A stretch of DNA of 64,000 nucleotides from Candidatus Sungiibacteriota bacterium (GCA_016180435.1 JACPBG010000002.1:60342-124341); one strand, 5' to 3'; numbered from the stretch's first letter, positions 34,501 to 43,264 are shown. Translations and numbers: made by a program. Notes: generated from the sequence alone by a model not told the origin.

Positions 34501-34544
34501 AACTGTATCTAAAATTACGCTTAAGCGTAATTTTAGATACAGTT
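34501..34544. repeat. 44-bp perfect palindrome with no loop
   Basis: AACTGTATCTAAAATTACGCTT is immediately followed by its exact reverse complement. Confidence 0.9.
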
Positions 34545-34621
34545 ATTTCTGTGGAAAACTTTGGTTGAAAGTATTATGGGTGCGTGCTATTATCCTTTTC
34601 AGATCGTTGAGGAGTATTGAT

Positions 34622-34876
34622 ATGAAAGAACAGCCGAAGCAAATTCCGCATCCGAGAGACGGAAAAGTGTGGGTTAATGAGACAACCGAGGCTTGGCGTA
34701 AAGATGAGTGTTTGTGTCTGAACGGGTGTGCGAATATGAAACCCGGTCAGCCGGATCATTGCCAGATCGCCCAGCGTCTTTTTGATGCGTGCGTAGATGG
34801 GCGAGCGGCGCTTATGGTTACGCGCTGCGGTCTCTATAAGCCGGTCAAGGCGGACCCCGTGTTAACTTGTTCATAA
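34622..34876 (+). CDS. small Cys-rich hypothetical protein (84 aa)
   Basis: ATG at 34622 follows GAGGAG. The protein has 8 Cys by my count. Confidence 0.4.
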   Translation: MKEQPKQIPHPRDGKVWVNETTEAWRKDECLCLNGCANMKPGQPDHCQIAQRLFDACVDGRAALMVTRCGLYKPVKADPVLTCS

Positions 34877-34908
34877 AAAAAGCGGGCAGAAAATTCTGTC
34901 CGCTATTA

Positions 34909-35439
34909 TTATTTTACTTCAATTTGGATTTCATAAGAGAAGAGCACTTCCTCGCTCTTCACGACTCGGAAACGGATGACAGCATCTCCGAATGCCATCT
35001 TTTTGGAAATGTCGCCGGGTATCGAGATTGAATAATGGTTTTTTCCTCCATCGGTTTGAAAATCATCCCAAAGTATTCGCACTCGGTTTTCGTCGTTCTC
35101 TCCCTTTTCGATAACCTCGTGGAGAAATGTACATTTTTTTTCACTCCGGCGCGAACAAGGACTTTTTAAGCCGTCTCGGAGTGTGATTGCTATCCATACT
35201 CTGTATTCATCGCCGAGATATAAATATGTTTTGGGAAGTGGGGCGTGAATGAGGTGGATGGGTTGACTATTGCGGACTTGAAAATACCCATCCATCATCT
35301 GGAAAATGTATTGCTCTTGCGGTTTTTCTTGCGCAAGTGCTAAACGGAGTGTTAATTGTCCTGCAAACGCGAAGAGCGTAGAAATAAAGGCAAGTGCGAT
35401 TGAAAACCGATGCCATCGTAGAGTCAATTTTGTTTTCAT
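34909..35439 (-). CDS. secreted or membrane-anchored hypothetical protein
   Basis: The internal ATG gives MKTKLTLRWHRFSIALAFISTLFAFAG, which looks like a signal or anchor sequence. Confidence 0.45.
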   Translation of the reverse strand: MKTKLTLRWHRFSIALAFISTLFAFAGQLTLRLALAQEKPQEQYIFQMMDGYFQVRNSQPIHLIHAPLPKTYLYLGDEYRVWIAITLRDGLKSPCSRRSEKKCTFLHEVIEKGENDENRVRILWDDFQTDGGKNHYSISIPGDISKKMAFGDAVIRFRVVKSEEVLFSYEIQIEVK

Positions 35440-35603
35440 CTTTTTTCCGCCACGTGAAGGTACTATTGAAATGGTATGGCTGGGGATAAATAAAGTCAAA
35501 TACAAATACTTGCATTGTTAGTACAGTTATGCTATACTGTAATGTATAAGCTTAGTATTAAAACAATATAGGTCTTAGATATCAACATTTCTGTTGATGT
35601 TGA

Positions 35604-35705
35604 CCCCGTTAGAAAGAAACAAACATAGTAGTTCCAAAATTCCAAGCAATTTTTAACACAAGCCACGAATACGGCAATTAAAAACCTTTGTTTTTTTCTA
35701 ACGGG
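35604..35705. repeat. R7 element (CCCCGTTAGAAAG...TTTCTAACGGGG)
   Basis: About 20-bp terminal inverted repeats enclose an unrelated AT-rich core. Confidence 0.75.
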
Positions 35706-35723
35706 GTTGAAAGGCCATCCATA

Positions 35724-35834
35724 CTCCCAACTTTTTGCATCCGGAGTTTCAGCTTATGATTCAGCAATGAATTAAGACGCTAAAGGTATACGAAATCCTA
35801 CAGCAAATAGAGCACGGCTGCAAAAAGTTGGGAG
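35724..35834. repeat. 16-bp perfect inverted repeat enclosing 79 nt
   Basis: CTCCCAACTTTTTGCA (35724-39) pairs with TGCAAAAAGTTGGGAG (35819-34). Confidence 0.85.
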
Positions 35835-35869
35835 GACAAGTTTTAAGAGGAGCGAGGTCGTTAATAGTC

Positions 35870-35998
35870 AGAAAATTCGAAATTCGAATAATGAAATTCG
35901 AAACAAATCCCAAATCATAAATTCAAATGTTTCAAACGTTTAGAATTTAGAATTTTGATATTGTTTAGAATTTAGAATTTAGAGTTTCGGATTTAGTA
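35870..35998. repeat. R8 heptamer palindrome (GAAATTC)n ... (TTAGAAT)n
   Basis: gaaaattcgaaattcgaataatgaaattcgaaac ... gtttagaatttagaatttt..gtttagaatttagaatttagagtttcgg. Confidence 0.8.
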
Positions 35999-36003
35999 TT
36001 ATA

Positions 36004-36204
36004 GTGGCTTTTCAAGATCAACAGGGAGGATTCCAGGATGATCGCCCGAAATACGACATCACCTGTTCCAAATGTGGTAATCAAGGAACGGTTCCGTTCC
36101 CGCCCACACCGGGACGCGATGTCTTCTGCCGCGATTGTTTCCGTCAGAATAATCCGAATCCCCGCCGCGAATTTCGCGGACGCGGAGGATACGGATCAAG
36201 ATAA
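36004..36204 (+). CDS. small zinc-ribbon protein with a CxxC-x17-CxxC motif
   Basis: GTG start. The motif is CSKC-17 residues-CRDC, followed by an Arg/Gly-rich tail. Confidence 0.5.
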   Translation: MAFQDQQGGFQDDRPKYDITCSKCGNQGTVPFPPTPGRDVFCRDCFRQNNPNPRREFRGRGGYGSR

Positions 36205-36301
36205 ATCTAAAGGCCGGGCATTGTCCGGCTTTTAGATTTATCAATCTCTAAGTTCTAATCTCTAATTTCTAATAAAACACTAAAAATGTTATTATAGCAG
36301 A

Positions 36302-37531
36302 ATGCGTTACGATTATCTCATTATAGGCGGAGGCATTGCCGGAGTTACTGCGGCCGAAACTATCCGGGAGGAAGACGCCCAAGCCACTATTGCCCTTGTT
36401 TCGGAAGAAACGCATCCTTTGTATTCAAGAGTCATGCTGCCGCGCTATCTAAAAAGAAAAATCCAGCGTGAGCAGCTTTTTTTGCGGACCGAGCATCAAT
36501 TTACCCAAAAAAGCATTGATTTACGGCTGGCGCAGGAGGTTTCATTTGTTGATACTAAGCGCGGGGAGATCGGATTGGTGAACCGCGCGATTCTTGGTTT
36601 TAAAAAACTTTTGATCGCAAGCGGAGGCCGGGTAAAAAGCATTCCGGAGAATTTGCGCGGCGAATTTTCATACCGCCTGCAAACTCTTGAGGATGCCGAC
36701 CGGCTTTTTAAGAATTTATATAAAATCACAAGCCCGATCGTAGTCGGATCGTCTTTGATCAGCTTGGAATTATTGGAAATTTTTGCCGTTCACAAAACCC
36801 CTCCCGTAGTTTTGGTGCGCGGCCCGCATTTTTTTCGGGAATTTTTGGACGCATCCGGCGCTGAAATTCTTCATGCCAATTTCCGGGCACACGGCATTGA
36901 CGCGCAATATAATACGACCGTAACGTCGGCCGAACCGAAGGATAACATGCTTAAAGTGCTGACCAGCCGGTATAGTGAAATAATTTGCGATGCCATGGCG
37001 TTTGGCATAGGCATTGAGCGAAATATTGGATTTCTGCATGGATCAGGAATAGAATGCGGGAAGGCCGGCGTCAAAACCAATGAGTTTTTGGAAACAAATG
37101 CCGAGGGAGTTTTTGCCGCCGGGGATGTTGCGGAATTTCAGGATGTTATTTCGGGCAAGCAACACGTTGTCGGCACCTGGACCAATGCGTTTTTACAGGG
37201 CAAGTGTGCGGGCTTGAATATGGTCGGAAAGCGGGAAATATTCAAGCGTGTTTCCTCGTATTCCATAACCAATCTCGGATTTCACATTACGATACTGGGC
37301 GAATGCGATGGTGAAGGAGTAGAGGATATTATTCGGATTGATTCGGCGCACAGGCAATATGAGCGTTTTTTTCTCAAAGATGGAATTATCTGCGGCACGG
37401 CGCTTATCAATCGTTTTCCGGATAAGCCCATTTTGGCAAAACTTATTGAAACCAGAACTCCGGTTGGTGAATACGCGGAACAATTGCGTGATTTCAGATT
37501 TGACATCGGGAGTATTCCGGTGATACAATAG
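36302..37531 (+). CDS. FAD/NAD(P)-dependent pyridine nucleotide-disulfide oxidoreductase family protein
   Basis: The N-terminal dinucleotide fold is YDYLIIGGGIAGVTAAE, with a second Rossmann segment and AAGDVAEF. Confidence 0.8.
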   Translation: MRYDYLIIGGGIAGVTAAETIREEDAQATIALVSEETHPLYSRVMLPRYLKRKIQREQLFLRTEHQFTQKSIDLRLAQEVSFVDTKRGEIGLVNRAILGFKKLLIASGGRVKSIPENLRGEFSYRLQTLEDADRLFKNLYKITSPIVVGSSLISLELLEIFAVHKTPPVVLVRGPHFFREFLDASGAEILHANFRAHGIDAQYNTTVTSAEPKDNMLKVLTSRYSEIICDAMAFGIGIERNIGFLHGSGIECGKAGVKTNEFLETNAEGVFAAGDVAEFQDVISGKQHVVGTWTNAFLQGKCAGLNMVGKREIFKRVSSYSITNLGFHITILGECDGEGVEDIIRIDSAHRQYERFFLKDGIICGTALINRFPDKPILAKLIETRTPVGEYAEQLRDFRFDIGSIPVIQ

Positions 37532-37611
37532 TTTTAAATTCACGAATCTAGCCCGAATTTTATTCGCGAATATTCGCGAATTTAATTCGTGATTGATTAG
37601 CGAAAAATTTT

Positions 37612-38352
37612 ATGGACGACATTGAATCACAAAACGAAGTAAAAACAGATGATAAAAAAGAAAATACATTTTTAATTCCGGCGTCAATCATTGTGGCCGG
37701 TGTTCTGATTGCGTTTGCGGTCTTTTATTCCGGACGCGGAGGAAATATGGCACCGTCGCGTCAGCCATCCGCGGCAAATAACACAGCACCCGCGGCTCCG
37801 GTTATCTCGGGAGATTTGGCTGATGACGATCCCACGCTTGGCAATCCGGACGCCCCGGTTACCATGGTTGAATTTAGTGATTTTCAGTGTCCGTTTTGCC
37901 GTTCCATGTGGCGCAATATCCTGCCGCAAATAAAAGAAAATTACATAAAAACCGGAAAAGTTAAATTTGTATACCGTGATTTTCCGTTAACATCCATTCA
38001 TCCCGGAGCAGAACCAGCGGCTTTGGCCGGCGAGTGTGCGGATGAGCAGGGAAAATTCTGGACTTTTCACGATAAAGTTTTCGAGGAACAGGATAAAAAA
38101 GGGCAGGGAACAGTGGAATTTGGCGCAGCGGATCTGAAACAATGGGCGCGCGCGGCAGGTTTGGATGGAGTTCAATTTGATTCTTGTCTGGGTTCGCGCA
38201 AATATGCGGATGAGGTTGCAAAGGACTTGCAGGACGGGGTAGCCGCCGGAGTTACCGGCACGCCCGCGACCTTTGTGAACGGCCGTTTGATTTCCGGCGC
38301 CCTTCCGTATGCGCAGTTTGAAGCGATAATTGAGGAGGCGTTCAAGAGATAG
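37612..38352 (+). CDS. membrane-anchored DsbA-family thiol:disulfide oxidoreductase
   Basis: TM helix, then FSDFQCPFC (the CxxC active site) and GTPATFVNG. Confidence 0.75.
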   Translation: MDDIESQNEVKTDDKKENTFLIPASIIVAGVLIAFAVFYSGRGGNMAPSRQPSAANNTAPAAPVISGDLADDDPTLGNPDAPVTMVEFSDFQCPFCRSMWRNILPQIKENYIKTGKVKFVYRDFPLTSIHPGAEPAALAGECADEQGKFWTFHDKVFEEQDKKGQGTVEFGAADLKQWARAAGLDGVQFDSCLGSRKYADEVAKDLQDGVAAGVTGTPATFVNGRLISGALPYAQFEAIIEEAFKR

Positions 38353-38386
38353 AATTAATTGGGCAATGGTAATTTATCTGGTAACG

Positions 38387-38395
38387 TGATATAAT
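38387..38395 (+). promoter_or_regulatory. extended -10 promoter for hicBA, with leaderless geometry
   Basis: TG-a-TATAAT, then 6 nt (gggttt), then the hicB ATG at 38402. Confidence 0.5.
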
Positions 38396-38401
38396 GGGTT
38401 T

Positions 38402-38617
38402 ATGAAGAAAACATATTTTACATCAGTTATATGGAAAGAAGGAAAATATTATGTTGCCCAGTGTCTTAATATTGATGTATCAAGTTTTGGTAAAACCAAA
38501 CGTGAAGCTCTAAAAAATCTGGAAGAGGCAGTGGAACTTTATTTGGAAGATAAACCGATTCGCGTTCAACGTGTTGTTTCGCCGTCTATTGTGGTGAGAG
38601 AATTGCAATATGCCTAA
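38402..38617 (+). CDS. hicB: HicB-like antitoxin (N-terminal domain only)
   Basis: 71 aa with WKEGKYYVAQCLNIDVSSFGKTKREALKNLEEAVELYLE. It overlaps hicA by 8 nt. Confidence 0.7.
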   Translation: MKKTYFTSVIWKEGKYYVAQCLNIDVSSFGKTKREALKNLEEAVELYLEDKPIRVQRVVSPSIVVRELQYA

Positions 38618-38822
38618 GTTGTTTTCATCGCGGCGTGTCATTCAGGTCCTGGAGCGCCAGGGCTTTGTTTTTATTTCTCAACGGGGAAGTCACGCCAAAT
38701 ATCGCAAAACCGGTCCGCATACATTTACCGCGATTGTCCCTGTTGGGAAAAAGGAGATTCCACACGGAACTTTTCGTTCTATTGTACGCCAATCAGGATT
38801 ACAGGAGGAGAATTTTGAATAA
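38610..38822 (+). CDS. hicA: HicA mRNA-interferase toxin
   Basis: VIQVLERQGFVFISQRGSHAKYRK and KKEIPHGTFRSIVRQSGL. Confidence 0.8.
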   Translation: MPKLFSSRRVIQVLERQGFVFISQRGSHAKYRKTGPHTFTAIVPVGKKEIPHGTFRSIVRQSGLQEENFE

Positions 38823-40593
38823 AATTATAAGCAATCAAGAAACAAAAATCTGTCAAAATTGTAAAAACGAGTTCACCATTGAATCGGTTGACTTTGCATT
38901 CTACGAAAAAATCCGTGTGCCGCCGCCCACCTGGTGTCCGGAGTGTAGGATGGTGCGGAGGATGGTGTTTAGAAACGAGCGCAAACTTTTTCGCATAAAA
39001 AGCGCGAAATCCGGCAAAGAAATTTTATCGTTAAATCCGCCGGAAGCCGGTGTTGCGGTTTATGATGAAAAAGAATGGTGGTCGGATGATTGGGATGCCC
39101 GAGAATACGGGAGAGAATATGATTTCTCGCGGCCGTTTTTTGATCAGTTTTTCGAGTTGTCGAGGGTTGTTCCGCGTTACAGCCGCGATGTCCTGAATAT
39201 GGTCAATAGCGATTATTCCGCCAATGCCGCTGATCTAAAAAATTGTTACCTTTTGTTTAACTCAAATTACAGCGAGGATTCTTCATACGGAAACGCCGTG
39301 GATAAATCACATTTTTGTTTTGATAATTCGCATATTCAAAAATGTGAAAGATGTTACGAGTCATTTTGGCTGGCAAATTGTTACCAGACCCATTTTTCCT
39401 CCAAGTGCGAGGATTGCCAGAGTGTATGGTTCTCAAAAAATTTACGCGGATGCAGCAATTGTTTCGGATGCGTGAATCTGCGCGGGAAAAATTACTGCAT
39501 TTTCAACAAGCAATATTCCAAAGAAGATTATATCAAAAAGTTGGAATCGTTTTCTTTGCATACTTTTTCCGGAATCACGGCAGTAAAGAAAACGGCGCTG
39601 GATTTTTGGTTAAAATTTCCCAACAAATATATTGAGGGCGTTAAAAATCTAAATTCATCCGGGGAATATGTTACGCATTCCAAAAATGTGCATCATGGTT
39701 ATTTGGTGCGTGAAGGGGAAGATTTGCGCTATGTCCAGTATGTGCAGCTGCCGCCCTCTAAAGATCTGATGGATATAACTGTCGGAGGGAACGGCATGGA
39801 ATTATCATATGAAAATGCGACAAGCGGTTGGGGCAGGGTTTATAACTTGAAATTTTGTGCGGAATGCTGGCCGGAGGTTCGGGATATGGAATATTCAATG
39901 TTTTGTACCTCATCCTCCAATCTTTTCGGGTGCGTGGGTCTTCATAAAAAAGAATTTTGCATTTTAAATAGGCAATATACGAAAGAATCCTTTGACCAGC
40001 TCAAGATAAAGATTATTAAACATATGGATGAAATGCCATATGTTGATTCGCGCGGCCGGGCGTATAAATATGGGGAGTTTTTTCCGCCGGAATTGTCGCC
40101 GTTTGCCTATAATCAAACTATTGCCATTGAGCATTTTCCTTTAACCAAAGAAGAAGCCGAGAAAGCGGGGTACAGATGGCAGGAGCCGACAAGGCGCGAA
40201 TATGAAATAACCATGACTGTGGATGAAATTCCGGATTCGATCAGGGATATCCGCGAAGACATTCTAAAAGAAGTTATTCAATGCGCGAGTTGCAAACGGG
40301 CGTATCGCCTGATACGTTCCGAATTGGAATTTTTGAAGAAAGAAGGCATTCCGGCGCCCAGAGTTTGCATTGACTGCCGGCATGACGAGCGTATCAGCCA
40401 AAGAAACAAAGCAATTTTTTATTCGCGCCGATGCGCGTGCAGCGGCCAAAATTCCGGGAACGGGGCGTATAAAAATACTGCTACTCATTTCCATGGTCCA
40501 AATCAGTGCCTTAATGAATTTAAAACAAGTTATGCGCCGGACAGGCCGGAGATAGTGTATTGCGAAGCGTGCTACAATTCTGAAGTTGTATAA
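38815..40593 (+). CDS. large Cys-rich multi-zinc-ribbon protein, paralog P1 (592 aa)
   Basis: TTG at 38815 lies 4 nt after AGGAGGAG and overlaps the hicA stop by 8 nt. The N-terminus reads CQNC...FYEKIRVPPPTWCPECR, and the C-terminus has CASC...CIDCR and YCEACYNSEVV. Colinear with P2. Confidence 0.7.
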   Translation: MNKIISNQETKICQNCKNEFTIESVDFAFYEKIRVPPPTWCPECRMVRRMVFRNERKLFRIKSAKSGKEILSLNPPEAGVAVYDEKEWWSDDWDAREYGREYDFSRPFFDQFFELSRVVPRYSRDVLNMVNSDYSANAADLKNCYLLFNSNYSEDSSYGNAVDKSHFCFDNSHIQKCERCYESFWLANCYQTHFSSKCEDCQSVWFSKNLRGCSNCFGCVNLRGKNYCIFNKQYSKEDYIKKLESFSLHTFSGITAVKKTALDFWLKFPNKYIEGVKNLNSSGEYVTHSKNVHHGYLVREGEDLRYVQYVQLPPSKDLMDITVGGNGMELSYENATSGWGRVYNLKFCAECWPEVRDMEYSMFCTSSSNLFGCVGLHKKEFCILNRQYTKESFDQLKIKIIKHMDEMPYVDSRGRAYKYGEFFPPELSPFAYNQTIAIEHFPLTKEEAEKAGYRWQEPTRREYEITMTVDEIPDSIRDIREDILKEVIQCASCKRAYRLIRSELEFLKKEGIPAPRVCIDCRHDERISQRNKAIFYSRRCACSGQNSGNGAYKNTATHFHGPNQCLNEFKTSYAPDRPEIVYCEACYNSEVV

Positions 40594-40596
40594 TGA

Positions 40597-40723
40597 AAGC
40601 ACGCGGAGTCCCGCCTCAATTCAAGAATTGATTTTGTATATAGATGTAGTAAGCCGAAGGCGTTGCTGCGCTATGATCCTAATTTTACTGCTGACTTCGC
40701 ACGGAATTGAGGCGGACGAAAAT
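40597..40723. repeat. hairpin insert flanked by an imperfect 26-nt duplication of the P1 3' coding end
   Basis: Arms CCGCCTCAATTC (40611-22) and GAATTGAGGCGG (40704-15). The flanks are tgctacaattctgaagttgtataatga and tgctacaataatgaagtggtatgatg. Confidence 0.75.
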
Positions 40724-40750
40724 TGCTACAATAATGAAGTGGTATGATGT

Positions 40751-40779
40751 TTGACCGTTATATCTATGTTTGTTATTAT
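40751..40779 (+). promoter_or_regulatory. sigma-70-like promoter for the DUF2283/DUF4258 pair, with leaderless geometry
   Basis: TTGACC, 17 nt, TATTAT, 6 nt, ATG (40786). Confidence 0.6.
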
Positions 40780-40785
40780 TGAACC

Positions 40786-41013
40786 ATGGCTAATCATAAG
40801 CGACAATTTGTACATTATGATCCGGAGGCTGACGTTATTGCCATGTATAACGGTAAGGGGCGTGAAGAGGAGTTCGTGGAAGTGGCGCCCAATGTTTCTT
40901 TAGAATTAGACAAAAAAGGGTCGGTAATCGGTATTGAAATTTTGAACGCATCTAAAGTGTTGCGTCCTTTTTGGAACTCATTGCGTAAACGGCAATCTTC
41001 TTACATAAAGTAA
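40786..41013 (+). CDS. DUF2283-like small protein (putative antitoxin)
   Basis: YDPEADVIAMY and GSVIGIEILNASKVL. The next gene starts at the following nucleotide. Confidence 0.6.
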   Translation: MANHKRQFVHYDPEADVIAMYNGKGREEEFVEVAPNVSLELDKKGSVIGIEILNASKVLRPFWNSLRKRQSSYIK

Positions 41014-41304
41014 ATGGAAGTTCGCTACAGTCAACATCTTGAAATTCGTCTCACAATGCGCGGCATACCACACGAGTTGCCGCGCATTGTATATGAAAAT
41101 GCCAAGCGGCGGTTTCATGATACTGACTCGGATCTTGACATTGCGGTGCTGCGTACCGCTTTTTACGGACGGCAACGGGATGTTGTGGTTGCCTATCGTA
41201 TATATTCAGATTATGTTTTGCTGATTACTATCCACCCACTTAAAGAAGGACAATTCGAAAACCGGATTCGCTCTGGACGTTGGACGGAGATTCCATCGTT
41301 ATGA
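41014..41304 (+). CDS. DUF4258-like small protein (putative toxin)
   Basis: 96 aa with YSQHLEIRLTMRGIP and VVVAYRIYSDYVLLITIHP. Family recall is from memory. Confidence 0.55.
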   Translation: MEVRYSQHLEIRLTMRGIPHELPRIVYENAKRRFHDTDSDLDIAVLRTAFYGRQRDVVVAYRIYSDYVLLITIHPLKEGQFENRIRSGRWTEIPSL

Positions 41305-41376
41305 GTTGTGATGTAAAAGAATATTTACCCTCCCAAATTTTACAAAGTAAAACTTGGGAGGGCGGGCGAAAAAAAT

Positions 41377-43101
41377 ATGACACGACAATGCCAAAATTGT
41401 AACCAGAGCTTTGAAATTGCCCCCGAGGACCTTTCGTTTTACGACCGCATTCATGTCCCGCCGCCCACCTGGTGTCCAAGATGCCGGTTTCAGAGACGGC
41501 TCGCATTTTTTAATTTAACCGCGCTTTACAAGCGAAAATGCGATCTTTGCGGCGAGGAAAAAATTTCCATTTATCGTCCGGATGCGCCTTATAGAGTTTA
41601 TTGTCCGCCCTGCTGGTGGTCGGATAAGTGGGACCCTATGCAATATGGACGTGATTACGATTTTTCACGATCGTTTTTTGAGCAATACGCTGATCTTGTG
41701 CATGAGGTCCCGCACTGCGGCTTGGCAACTGACCATACGACGGTCATCAATTCAACCTATACCAATCACGCCGGAAATCTCAAAAATTGCTATTTGTTAT
41801 TCCAGGCGGATTTTAATGAGGACTGCGCGCACGGAGTATATGTTAAAAATTCAAGGTCCACGCTTGATTCCTCATTGATATTGAAATCCGAACTCTGCTA
41901 TGACTCCATGCACTCATATAAAAATAGCCATTGTGCGGGACTGCGAAGCCAGGTGACCAATTCGCTTGATTGTTACTTTCTCAAGGACTCATTTAATTGC
42001 CAGTATTGTTTTGCATCCGCCAATTTGCGAAATCGGAAGCATGTTATTTTTAATAAGCAATATTCTCCGGAAGATTATTTTAAGGAAATCGCGAGATGGG
42101 ATTTAGGTTCGTACGCCAAGTATCAAGAGATCAAATGTCTTGCCGAGGCGCACTGGAAAACTTTGCCGCCCAAGCCGCATATGGATGATTTTTCCGTAAA
42201 TTCATCGGGCAGCCATTACTTCCAGTGCAAAAACTGCAAGGATTGTTTTGAGGTGTGGGGCGAGGCCGAAGACAGTAAGTTTCTTTTTATGCTTTCCATT
42301 CCTCCGTTGAAAGATTGTTACGACGTATCAACCTGGGGCAATAATTTGCAGTTATCGTATGAATCATATGCAGTGGGCGAGCAGGGCGCCAATCTTAAAT
42401 TTTGTGCGGAGTCGGGTATCAATGCGCATTTACTGGAATATTGCAAGTTTACATTCGGAGGGGTGGAGGATTTCGGATGCGTTGGGTTGCGAAAGAAACA
42501 ATACTGTATCTTGAATAAACAATATACGAAAGAGGAGTATGAGAAAATGGTGCCAAAAATCAAGAAGCATATGGATGAAATGCCGTATATTTCAGAAATC
42601 CGAAATCCGAAGCACGAAATCCGAAAGATAATATATAAATACGGGGAATTTTTTCCGATAGAATTGAGTCCGTTTCCTTATAACGATACTGTGGCGCATA
42701 ATTTTTTCCCGCTTACCAAAGAAGATGCGTTGGCACGGGGATATAAATGGGGCGATAAAGAAAAAAGAGCTTATCCCATCACAATAAAGGCAAGCGATCT
42801 GCCGGATCATATCAAAGATGCGCCAGGTACCATTTTACAGGAAGTGATAGAATGTGTTGCATGCGGCCGGGGATTTAGAATCATTCCGATGGAGTTTAAA
42901 TTTTTACGAAAAATGAATTTGCCTTTGCCTCGGCAATGCCCGTTTTGCCGGATTGATGAGAAATTCACACTGTGGGTTAAAGATTTACGGGTTATCCCGC
43001 GGACGTGCGATAAGTGCGGCACATCGCTCACGACCAATTACACGCAAGAGGAAGCCCCTGTGATTTATTGCAAAGCATGCTATAATAATGAAGTAATATA
43101 A
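41377..43101 (+). CDS. large Cys-rich multi-zinc-ribbon protein, paralog P2 (574 aa)
   Basis: CQNC...FYDRIHVPPPTWCPRCR, a second knuckle CDLC...CPPC, central Cys-containing repeats, then C-terminal CVAC...CPFCR, CDKC and YCKACYNNEVI. About 33 Cys by manual count. Confidence 0.75.
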   Translation: MTRQCQNCNQSFEIAPEDLSFYDRIHVPPPTWCPRCRFQRRLAFFNLTALYKRKCDLCGEEKISIYRPDAPYRVYCPPCWWSDKWDPMQYGRDYDFSRSFFEQYADLVHEVPHCGLATDHTTVINSTYTNHAGNLKNCYLLFQADFNEDCAHGVYVKNSRSTLDSSLILKSELCYDSMHSYKNSHCAGLRSQVTNSLDCYFLKDSFNCQYCFASANLRNRKHVIFNKQYSPEDYFKEIARWDLGSYAKYQEIKCLAEAHWKTLPPKPHMDDFSVNSSGSHYFQCKNCKDCFEVWGEAEDSKFLFMLSIPPLKDCYDVSTWGNNLQLSYESYAVGEQGANLKFCAESGINAHLLEYCKFTFGGVEDFGCVGLRKKQYCILNKQYTKEEYEKMVPKIKKHMDEMPYISEIRNPKHEIRKIIYKYGEFFPIELSPFPYNDTVAHNFFPLTKEDALARGYKWGDKEKRAYPITIKASDLPDHIKDAPGTILQEVIECVACGRGFRIIPMEFKFLRKMNLPLPRQCPFCRIDEKFTLWVKDLRVIPRTCDKCGTSLTTNYTQEEAPVIYCKACYNNEVI

Positions 43102-43142
43102 ATAATTGCGAACAGCGCGAACCGAATTGTTATAGAGTGTAA

Positions 43143-43264
43143 GTTTTAGAAGCCAGTCTGGTTTTGGGGTATTAGTTTTAAGGCCTTATACCTAAAACCC
43201 CATGACTATACGGGCATCTACAACCTAAACCCATAGACAATTCAGATGTTAGTGCTGTTAGTGT
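43143..43264 (-). repeat. R6 element, copy 2 (inverted relative to copy 1)
   Basis: The reverse complement aligns along its whole length with 28157-28274, with scattered substitutions. Confidence 0.85.

Noticed and set aside
38635-38814. The N-terminal 60 codons of the track ORF 38635-40593, which would overlap hicA in another frame.
   Set aside because: The conserved P-family N-terminus (CQNC...) starts just after a TTG at 38815 that has a perfect AGGAGGAG RBS. The upstream part is the alternative-frame shadow of hicA, and paralog P2 has no equivalent extension.
28157-43264. A composite transposon or mobile island bounded by the two inverted R6 copies.
   Set aside because: The 15 kb in between carries core genes (frr, tlyA, rseP) and no transposase or integrase. 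The R6 copies are 118-nt non-coding repeats like many others here. Inversion between them remains possible, but mobility of the block is unsupported.
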